Shown: positions 12,101-21,800 of the stretch, one piece after another
Layout: each line of letters opens with the position of its first letter
Position numbering within the stretch: the stretch's first letter is position 1
From: Takakia lepidozioides
Lineage: Eukaryota > Plantae > Bryophyta
Assembly (NCBI GenBank): GCA_030704615.1
Contig: CM060733.1
Location: 52,142,001 to 52,206,000, forward strand
Length of the DNA stretch: 64,000 nt
Reading direction: 5' to 3'
The notes under the pieces: generated by a model
Databases searched by the model: none
Told to the model about the DNA's origin: nothing
The model's input: only the letters and a program-made list of their open reading frames with translations
Translations under genes and position numbers: made by a program

Positions 12101-14490
12101 TTAGCCATTTTCGGACCTCATTGGTGTTTTTCATGAATGCAGGTACTGTAAGTTCTCGCTTTGGAGAAAGGTCATCTGTCTTTCGAGCCACCATTCTTCT
12201 TGGCATGGAGGAACCCTGGGGCTGACTCCATGTACACTGACGATATTGTGAAGGAGTGGCATCTGGAACATTTGCGTGATTGCCCTTGGTATGTGGACCT
12301 TCCGCCCGGCTCGCTCGACCCATCCGAGTTTCAATTGAAGCTGGATGCTGAATTCCGACGAAACCGGGCTCCGCTGCCTCCGTTGGGTGCAAAAGAGGCA
12401 AAAGCGTTGCGAACTCCAGGAAAGCGGCAGAGCTTGCTCAGGCAGGAATTCAGGAGAAATTGCATGAGAAGAGTAAAGGTCAAAGGAAAAGGACAAGGAA
12501 ACAGGTGACTGCAGTAAGTACCCAAAAGAAGAAAACCATCGGGGCATCGGAGGAGGCGCAGGAGGGGACCCAAGAGAGTGACTCCGACGCCGATTTTGTT
12601 CAAGGTCCTGCGACTGCTGTGTTGCTCCTACCCAGTCACCGGTCGTCCGGGTTCCCAAGTCAGTTCGGAGTGGGACTGGCTCTGCCAAGAAGTTGGCATT
12701 TGAGGGCGAGCCTACACGGCGGTATTCGGCGGTGACGTTTACGCACAGGCCAAAGCTAGAACCTCCAACCATCATCCAATGCGTCAATGAGAGCTTCCTT
12801 GACGCTCTCGCTGCCAGGGCGAAGAAGGTGGCACACAACAAGTCTCTGGCGGAGCAGAAGGGGAAAGCCAAGAAGAGGGCTGCCGGTACAGAGCCTAAAG
12901 ACACCCCTGGTTTTGAAGCCATGATGGAATTCTTCACGGCTGTGAGCACGAATTGCAAGAGCACTCGGGGGGGGGTTGAGGTGGAGAGAGCTTGCGACAT
13001 GATTCTCCTCGACATTCCAGATGGGGAGCTGCTGGAGGGCCTGGATGGTGTGCCCACCTGGAACAGGTTTTACTGAGGACTACTGGAAAGCCGGGTTTGG
13101 GCTGGCGGGGATGCTTCTGGATGACGGTGGATGTGTGGTTGTCCTTGCCACGAGAGGGAAGACCATAGAGAATGCGGTGGCAAGGTGGACACCGAAAAGT
13201 GTCACCCCGGTCCTCCTCAGAAAATGGTTCTGCATCAGTATGCAGGGGTTGCGAACAGAGGGCCAAAGTGTAAGTTATCAATCTATTGCATTCACTCATA
13301 TTGTGGTGTATGTTAAGTAGACCCTGGAATTGATCCCTTCTTTGTTGGATGTGCAGACATTGGTGTTTGAGGCATATTGCTTTGTGAAGAGAGGGTCTAC
13401 GTTCAAATTCCGCAACGACGGTCGTCTTGTTGATGCCGCTGTGGACCCTGTAACCTACGATGTCCTCTACAACTATGTGCCCCACTCTAGTATGCCGAAG
13501 GACACAAAGACAGGCAAACCGTGGCGGTACAGCCGGACCCGGAGCCCTGCTTCATCCAAACCCTCATGGAGACGTGCTCGGATGTCCAAGGGCGGATTCT
13601 GGACCTCACATGCGGCACGGGTAAGCCTTCACGTGCTCAGTTTGTCCCCTGGCCCCATTGCAATTGCATGCCGCAAGCTATTAACCGCCCGCTTTGTTCC
13701 TCAGGTGCTTCAATGTGGGCAGGGACGTTGTCCGACAGGCATGTGTTCGCCTTCGAGCCAGATACTGCCCTCCACAACTCGGAACTTGCAGCGGCTGAAC
13801 GTCTGCCGAAAGAGGAAGAGGCATCCTCGGAGGATGAGGAAAAATCCGAGAAGGAGCAGGGGGAGGAAGTTGGGATCGAGGCCGAGGAGCCCCGGTTTAC
13901 GAGTGAGTGGTGGCATTGTAAGTTGCCTCCAGATTTTGTGAGGCACCTCCCTCCGCTCTCTTATTTCATTGAAAACCCTTTCTGGTTGTGCTGGTATTGA
14001 CATTCTTCAAGTGGATTTGTTCTTACTGTAGGATGCCAAGTACTGCCGGAGGGACGTCTACACCGGAGTTCCTGGGCAGGAGGAACGTGCCTTTTTTTGC
14101 CAGGGGGGATTCATGCCTAGTCCAGAAAGGGAGTACATCCTTCCTACTTATGCTGCCCGGCTTGCTTCGGTGTCCATTAGGAGGTGTTCCGAACGTAGTC
14201 GTGTACAGCAGATTTTAGACGAGGCAAGCCTCAAGAAAATGAAGATGAGGGAGGAGGCAGCAGCTATTAGAGCCCGTCGGGCTCGTAGATTTGTGTTGGA
14301 TTCTGCTGAGGAAAGTGGGGGAGAAGACGCAGAAGATTCCCAGGAGGTGAGGTGGACAGTCCCCCAAGGAGAGGACGGGATTTTTGAGAGGCATAGTGGA
14401 ACTGATGCATCACAGAGCTCGGAGGATGAGGGGGATGAGGGGGATGAGGAAGAAGGTGGGGCAAGTTCCTCGGAGGGTGTAGGAGAGTAG
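9131..14490 (+). CDS. MULE cargo gene: disordered N-terminus, ParB/Srx-like domain, helical middle, beta-class amino-DNA-methyltransferase-like domain (N6_N4_Mtase fold), acidic tail; spliced and frameshifted
   Basis: ParB-like: VVRPALPGDIDKL..GY..GSAAFYV..FSVWDDNHR(L)LAW (9840-10243). MTase motif IV-like: CDMILLDIPDG (D at 13011), followed by LLDDGGCVVV. Removing GT-AG introns 13270-13356 and 13621-13704 gives motif I ILDLTCGTGASMWAGTLSDRHVFAFEPD. The start codon is uncertain. Confidence 0.72.
11510..12115. repeat. ~95-bp tandem array of the same AAATTCGGCGCC motif inside a probable cargo-gene intron (~11444-12142)
   Basis: Cores at 11518, 11590, 11686, 11781, 11873, 11967 and 12061. Units also carry GGGACTTAGCCATTTTCGGGCTAAGTCCC, an internal hairpin related to array 1. 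Confidence 0.93.
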
Positions 14491-14720
14491 TGCCCATTCC
14501 GGCTATGACAGTTAGAACACACTTGTATAGACGTGGCTTGCCACAAAATTTGCAATAAAATGTTGCATTTCAAGTCCACTGGTGCCACATTCCAACTTCA
14601 CATGACCCTATTTCCGTGCCTCCTAACCCTATTTCCGTGGACTCACAATGGTCTGCTCATGCTTTTTTTTTTTCCGCTCATGCTCATGCCGCTCATGAAA
14701 TAGCAGCCCCCGGAGGATGG

Positions 14721-17429
14721 GGCACAGCAGCACAGAAGGCTGTTATTATTGGAAGCACGGCCTTCGGAGAGGGAAGAGGAAGTCAATTCGGTACCACAAC
14801 CACCACTACCAGTTGACTCAGTTGTCTTAGAGGTTCCATAGTTAGAACATGCTGTGACACCACCCCCAATTGCTCTGGACGGAGAAAGGTTGGATATTCC
14901 CACTACAGAGCAGGTCGTGGCCGAAATTGAGAAATGTGACCTTCTCTATGAAAACTCTGGTTTGGTAAGGGAATCAGTGGTTCCGGAGGTGCAACGTTTG
15001 TCCAGGGAAAACCCTATTGTGCATGTAATACCCACACTTGTGACGGAGGTACCACACTGCAGCACCTATGGAGGATGAGGTGGTTCAGGAAGAGGATCTG
15101 GTGGGGCAATGGCCTGAATGGTTGGTGAGGCATCACACTGTGGACGATCAGGGAGAATAGCAGCAAGTTCACCATGATGACCCCCAGCAGGCCATGCTTA
15201 TGAGTTCCATAAGCAGGACACTTAATTTGTTGGGCACTTATGTGAAATCCCATGTTCCATCTACCCAATTGGCAGCTTTGAGGGAGGAACTCAGGAAGGA
15301 GTTCGAGGCTCGAATTGCCACTGAGTGTGCTAACAAGGTAGATGAGGAGGTCAATCTTAAGTTACAACAAGAGTTGGAGGACACAAAGGCTGCCTTGCAG
15401 TTGGCCAAGGGACATTTGATTGAAGCAGGTCTCGAGCAAGACCAATTGCATGAAGCACATAAACAACAGTTATACCAATTGCAGGTGAATCATGAGGGCA
15501 AGTTGCAAGAAGTGAACTTACTACATACAGAGTTGGAGGCAGTACATCAGAGGATGACCATACAATGTGCTACACTCACAACTACTCTAGAGCAAACTGC
15601 ATTAGAAGTTAACAGACAAGGGGAGAGATGTATGAAGGCAGAAGCTGATATAGTAGAGCAAGCAAAACTCATTGTTGATATGAAGGATACAATCTGTCGC
15701 AATGAGAATACTTTCAAACAATACAGACAGGTTGAGGCTGACCAGGAGAGGTACATCCTGGAGTTGCAACAAACAGTCATGGTCAATAGAAATGAACTCT
15801 CTGTGGCTAACAAGGCTTGGAAAGAAGCCAATAATCTGGTTGCTGCCTATGCGGGCCTGGTTGAACCTCATGCAAAGCGCATGGAGGCTTTACAACAACA
15901 GTTAGATGTGTACAGACTCACGGAGGAGCAGCCTCTCAGGGGTGCCACACAGGACTTGGTGGATAACCACCTTATGCAGGTTTGGTTAGCACAAGGGCCG
16001 GTAGAAGGCAAAGCACCACGGAAGCTCACCCAAGGCGAGATGAATGAGCTCAGAATGCAGGTGCAGAACATTGCCACAACTACTATAGACAATGTCTATA
16101 GTAGAATAGCGGAGCTACAGGAGGATGTGAAAGGCCTGCAGACTCAAGTGGATGACCTGAGTTCAAATATTGACAAGAGAGTCTTTGTTCCTGAGGAGCA
16201 GCTGATGGCTACTTATTTACATGTCAGGACTTTAATTTTTCAGTTTTCTTCGCAGGGGGTGCAGGAGATGCCAGTGGTAGACGGGCTAGTGGTACCAATA
16301 CCACAGCAGGTGGCTGTGCAGGTAGCTGACCCTGTTGCTACTACAGCCACACCACAGCCTGAGGTATGGGGGGATGCTGCTTTTAACCCACCTAGGACTC
16401 CTGCTGCACGGGAGTACAGTCGGGCTATGATTATGCCCTTCAAACCAAATTCCCATTGTGCTGGATTTGGCTTGGAAAGAATTTAGTCCTCCGCAGTCGT
16501 TGGCACATTACTACCGGATCATGCGCATTTGGTTGCCGGTGGCAACTCGGACTAAGGTTCTTCCGAACAATTGACTCATTGAGGATTATCACTTTGCGAG
16601 GTATTGGTCTGAGGCAGGTACCATGCTGAAGGAATTAATTGCCTTCCAGGTTGTACATGGATACATTTATACCAAGACCAAGGAGGTATCTAGTATTGTC
16701 ATGGGCTGTGGATTATACTATGCTGCTTGTTTTCTGGCACGTTATCACATTGAGCAGTAGAGGATGCAATCACGATTTCTGAGTTATTCCAGTGGGGATC
16801 ATTGGGTCTTACCTTCAGTGCCACCTCATATCTACCTATATGATGCAAAAGTTATGATGCAGAAGGATTCCCAACTTCGTTCATGGTTTAATTCGGTTTG
16901 GAACAATTTGACAACACATAAATTCGGCCTTGAGGATATTTTCTTTAAGGGACATGAAGCCTGGAAATACTTACACTGTTCCAAAGTCATTGGCACACCT
17001 CTCACCTATACGAATAAGGAGTTCAGGGTGTTCACTAATTTTGCTTGCAAGCGCTTACATCAAGTTATACAGTTTAAACTTCCAGACATGGTGGGACCAC
17101 ATTGTATGCCACACAGGATTCCACTTAAAGTTTGGCCGTTAAAACACCTAAGGGGGGACGAGGATTTGGATACTACTGTTTCTTCAGAGGACTCTTTTGA
17201 CATGGCAGAGGACTATGCACTTCAAATGGCAGAGAAGAAACGACGGGGATCTCCTATGCCTGAGAAATTACCTCGTTATCAACCAAAAGAGGGTCAGACA
17301 TTTCCAGGTAGTGCTCAATCATCTCCATCTGCCAGTGACAGGACTCGGGCTCGCACACGGAGTCCTTCACGAGACTCTCACCGACAGAAGGGTGCTCGCT
17401 CACAAAGGTTTGCTGATCCCAAACAGTAA
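14721..17429 (+). pseudogene. 3' continuation of the LTR-retrotransposon accessory ORF (long coiled coil, RS-rich C-terminus)
   Basis: In frame with 1384-1631 after MULE removal: VEDG|AQQHRRLLLLEARP...VP*LEHAVTPPPIALDGE. ORFs 14854-15078, 15194-16486 (heptad coiled coil) and 16764-17429. It ends just before a PPT/LTR. Confidence 0.6.
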
Positions 17430-17450
17430 ACCGTGAGGACACGGTTTTTT

Positions 17451-17736
17451 GAAAGATGGAGGGGTAATGTCAGAGGGCTGCTTGGGACTTAGACGCTTTT
17501 ACGGGTTCTGTGGGGTACCCTTAATTTTTGCGCAGACTGAGACCAACATGAGCCTTAGGGGTGGCAGCAGCAGGCTTTAGGGGGGCTACACAGCCCGACA
17601 CAGCTTCACACAGCCCGACATAGCTCCACACAGCCCGACACAGCTCCACACAGCCCGACACAGCTCCACACAGCCCGACACAGCTTCACACAGCCAGTCA
17701 CAGTCAGACACAGCTTCACACAGCCAGTCACAGCCC
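17451..17736 (+). mobile_element. Polypurine tract and start of a 3' LTR (TGTCA at 17468), containing a CACAGCCCGA minisatellite
   Basis: GAGGACACGGTTTTTTGAAAGATGGAGGGGTAA-TGTCA is a typical Gypsy 3' junction. 10-bp repeats occupy ~17588-17737. Confidence 0.7.
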
Positions 17737-17737
17737 G

Positions 17738-18616
17738 AAAGCTAAGAAATGTGACCTGTGCATGACGAAGCTTCATTTTCTTGGCCACCTTCTCTTAGCC
17801 CAACGCATTAGCCCTAACCCTGCCAAAATTCAGGCTGTCTGGGACTATCCTACACCACGTGACAAAAATTGTGTATGTGTTTTTCTTGGGTTAGCCTCTT
17901 ACTATCGTCGTTTCATTAAACACTTTGCTCACATTGCCACTGCGCTTAATCAGTTGTTATGCAAAGACGTTCGCTTTCTTTGGGGCAAATCCCAAATCAC
18001 TGCTTTTGAGAAACTCAAAATTGCCCTCACCAGTGCACCCATTCTGGTCTTTCCTGATTTTTCCCTACCATTTATTCTTCAGACTGATGCCTCTGACCTG
18101 GCTGTTTCAGCTATCATATGCCAAAAGAGACATGGCAGGGAACATGTGGTGGCCTATGCTTCCAGGCGGCTTGACAAACATGAAAAGAACTATAGTATCA
18201 CTGATAAAGAGGGACTTGCAGTCATTTTTGGGGTTAAACATTTTCGGCAATATCTCCATGGTTGCCCCTTTGTTATTCAGACTGATCATCTTCCATTGAA
18301 GGCTCTCAAAACCCCACGAGCACTCTCGGGACGCTTGGCTCGGTGGTCACTTACTCTTCAAATGTTTGAATATGACATTGAGTATAAGAAGGGCAAAGCC
18401 AACAGCAATGCTGATGCTCTCACACGCATGGAGACTAAGTCCTCTGACCCTTATGTTACTTTAGATGACCTTGCCCACTGCTTACCATCTGCTGCTTCAC
18501 CCTTGCCTTCTTCCTCTCCTGACCAGTCCGATTTACTTGCCTTGTTTGCCACTGTTCCTCTTCTTCCACCTGATCTCATGTCTGAATGGGATTTGCTCTC
18601 TTTTTCTGCTGGTTGA
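17738..18616 (+). mobile_element. Ty3/Gypsy RT C-terminus + RNase H fragment (inside inverted segment)
   Basis: KAKKC..LHFLGH, FLGLASYYRRFI, LQTDASD, VAYASR, NYS..KEGLAVIF, TDH..L, RLARW, GKANSNADAL. Confidence 0.92.
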
Positions 18617-18797
18617 AGTTGGTTTAGAGTGTTGTACTGTCACTGCGGTCATTTTTTAGGTATGATATCACTCTCCCTTCTATGATTGAACTGTCTTTTT
18701 TCTTCTTCTAATTCTGGTTTTGGCACTGAATCCTCTCCATAGGGAAATCTGCTTCTGTGCTTCATTGTCCTTGGTTGCATCTTCATGAAGTCACCCT

Positions 18798-19503
18798 TGT
18801 CATTCACACTAAGGCGGACACTCCGATAGGCTCACACTAACCCAAGGGCTGGCTATGGCAGCTGCAACCATGGAGGACCAACTTGTCGAGCGGCTTTTAC
18901 TCACCCATCCTTCGCTATCCGAGGTGGAAACTCCAAGATAGAAGAGTTGGATATCTCTAAGCACTTAGCCCGCTCAGAACAATCAGTCATGACCTGCAGC
19001 TAGTGAATCATGGTTGTGCTTCCTATTTGTATTCCTTCCTGCCTTCATGTTATCAATTTACCTTACCGTGTATACTGAAGCATCAGTTTGCTTCAGTATC
19101 TACTAAGTTCCAGTTAATCATGCATTCATTCCACAGCTTCTCTCGTGTCTCTCTACACAGTATGTTTGTATCGATTCAGAATCGGATTAAGATTAATCAT
19201 GTATCATGCCTATGCCATGGTGTCTCTATTCTATCCTACTGTATAATTCTACAGCTTGCATGAACTAAGCCTCATTCAAGTCATCATCTCCTCTTCACTG
19301 TTTTCCGCTCTCCGTTACGTTTCTTCCTCTCTTCCACAAGTCGCCCTCCTCCAGAAGTGATCCCCTTCCCGTTGCCGCTCTCCTAATCTACCCGCAAGCT
19401 GTTCTAACCACCTAACTAACTAACCGTCACCCCTGAAGTAACACGTTCCCTCTGCAGATGTTGTTCCCTCACAGTCATTCCCTGTCAATGATAACTGTTC
19501 CCC
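18798..19503 (-). mobile_element. Probable remainder of the 3' LTR, inverted (ends ...TGACA on minus strand)
   Basis: Non-coding. The minus strand ends in TGACA at 18798, complementing TGTCA at 17468. It abuts the RT breakpoint. Confidence 0.5.
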
Positions 19504-21109
19504 ATGTGAGACCTACTCCTCTAAGCCTGCACAAAACGCGCTCCAGATCCAGCATGTGAGAATCAAAGTCAGCGGAGTAAACGTTGTTATCATCAACATA
19601 TACCAATGCACATTCCCAGCGCAAGTTCCCTAGAACAACATCCATGAGACGTTGAAAGGTGGCAGTGACATTACATAATCCAAAAGGCATGGTTTCAAAC
19701 TGAAAGAGGCCCATCTTACAGGTGAACGCAGTTTTCTCCTTGGCTGACTCTGTGAGTGGAACCTGCCAAAAAGCCGCAGCAAGATCCAAGGAAGAGAAGA
19801 GAGTGGCACCATTAAGTTGATCCAAAGTATCATTAATACGAGGTAAAGGATATACATCTTTTTTTGTGAGGGCATTGAGACATCGGAAGTCAACACAGAA
19901 ACGGGTGGTACCATCTTTTTTGGCAACCAACACGATGGGGTTGGCCCAGGGGGAAATAGACGGTTTAATAACTCATGCATCCAACATCTTGGTCAGTTCG
20001 ATTTGCATAATTTTGCGCTCCTTGACACTCTCTCTATAAGCATACTGTTTGACAGGGCTACCTTCAGTGATAATGTCATGATGAAGAACCTCGGTACGTC
20101 CCAAATCATGAGAACTAGCACTGAAAACATCAAGATTGTCACGAATAATACGATATAAACGAGACCTCTCATTGTCAGTGAGACCAGAGCCAATTTTGAT
20201 ATCAATCAGGACTTGATCCAGATGAGCAGATTGCACAGGAGTGAGGGGACTGACCAGGGGTGCAGTGACAGATTGTGCTACGAGATGCAATTGATCTACA
20301 GGATTATCAGACAGACCAATGTCAGCAAAACTTAAAGCATGTTGCACCTCTCCTAAATCTGTCAATGGGGTGGCAGTGAGTCGAGCAAGGACCTGACCCT
20401 TGCGGATGGTGATAGGTATGTGTTCTGGGTTGGCAACAAGAAGTCTGAGCTCCCCTCGAAAGCCCCGATCCAGCACCCCAGATGCAATCAAACAATGTTT
20501 AGAAAGCATCAAACGTTTCCACCCTTCGACTTCAAGATAATGACCTTGTGGACAAAGAAAGGTGAGGCCAAGAGAAACTATCTTTTGGGAGGAGGCAGGG
20601 ATAACAAAGTCAGCAGGAGTGCAAAGAAGAGTGGTGTTACCTGGGATTGGAATGGGAGGGCCACTCTTCTTACCAGGCAAAGGTGGCTGCCATTGATACA
20701 AGGTGAAAGGAGCCGTATTGGCAAAGTTAAAGTAGCACGCCCAGTTGTATTGCTCACCCACCTGCCGCTTTGTTTCAGCAACAAGGGTTCGCATGTGGGA
20801 GAGATGTGCAGTGGCACAACCAGCAGGCAAGGAGACAGAGTTAAGCTGTACCTTGTGGGGGGAGGAGCTGCTACTGGCAAGCCACATGACGTTTTCAACC
20901 ACATCAATTTTTGCCCTTGCAGCACACATCCAATCCAAGCCTAACAACAACTGTTCACCAATGGTGACGATACAAGTCAGTGTGACTGACTTGCAACTGA
21001 CCTTGATGGGGATGGTTACCAAACCTAGGGGTTCATAACGTGTGCCATCTGCAATGGTCACCTGCAGACCCTTGGTTGGAGTGAGCTTGAGACCAAGTAG
21101 TCGAACCAC
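19504..21109 (-). mobile_element. Ty3/Gypsy pol fragment: protease C-terminus, dUTPase-like domain, RT N-terminal half
   Basis: Protease: LLLGLDW. dUTPase-like: GVLDRGFRGELRLLVAN..IRKGQVLARL. RT: KKDGTTRFCVDFR, YPLPRI, LDLAAAFWQ, MPFGLCN, YVDD. It breaks at RLRGVGLT. Confidence 0.92.
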
Positions 21110-21299
21110 GGTAGCTTAGCGGGACTTAGTGGGGGTGGCATAAGACTCACCATGGGGCGGAGACCTTGTGGTGGGAGTCATGGGGAACGTGGAACCACCC
21201 CCACCGCAACCGGGTGTGCGGGGCTCCACCTAGTGAGCGCCTCCGCCTCCTTGAGTGCCTTGGGCACTCAAGGGTGCCTCAGCCCCCGCATCTATTGTT

Positions 21300-21800
21300 G
21301 CCACCACCCCCACCACAAGGGCAGCCCCTCTCGTGTCCCGACCCCCTGCCCTCAAGGCAAAGGGCCGCGACAGTCAGTACTACAAATCCAAGTTCAATAT
21401 TCGTTACACGTTGCACCCTTCTCACTCCCCAACATCAAAAAACTCGACAAGAGCATTATCCAACTCACCAAACGTGTCTGTGGCCTACCGGTCAGTACCC
21501 CCAACGCCCTCACCCAACTTCCAACTGACAGCTACAGTATAGGTTCTAGTCCACTAATTATTTCATGCGCCCGCACCTTAGGCTCGCAATTAATCGAAGC
21601 CCTCAATGACCCCGGACGTCTCGGTTCAATCTACTAAGGGCTTCTCAAGTTCCTTGCCCTTAAATACAACGGGTTGTACTCCTTATCGGCTCTACACCCA
21701 CAAGCATGCCTCCACTCCCCTACAACCTGCACTCTTCTCATTCTACGACAAATGAAAATCAGCATACAAACCGACCTACCAGACTATCCTATGCCCAAAT
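21300..21800 (+). mobile_element. Non-LTR retrotransposon fragment (post-RT region, Dualen/RandI-like)
   Basis: LDKSIIQLTKRVCGLPVSTPN...LIEALNDPGRLG. It has the same C-rich strand bias as 22700-23160 and 26270-29110. Confidence 0.55.

Larger units (their letters stand above)
1632..14711. mobile_element. Mutator-like DNA transposon (MULE), 13,080 bp, two divergent genes
   Basis: Perfect 9-bp direct repeat GGAGGATGG at 1623-1631 and 14712-14720. Left end is GAGGTTTGCTATTTCATGAGC and right end (reverse complement) is GGGGGCTGCTATTTCATGAGC; both are followed by CATGAGCGG subterminal repeats. It contains a MULE DDE transposase, and the host ORF frame is restored on excision. Confidence 0.93.

Noticed and set aside
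12990-13770. Bacterial contamination as the source of the methyltransferase
   Set aside because: Spliceosomal introns interrupt the motifs, and the gene lies within a TSD-bounded element nested in plant retroelement sequence.
1632-14711. Zisupton/KDZ or CACTA identity for the large element
   Set aside because: The 9-bp TSD, G-starting TIRs, CxxH and D..D..NxAES core and SWIM finger fit Mutator. There are no CACTA termini or KDZ CxC domains.
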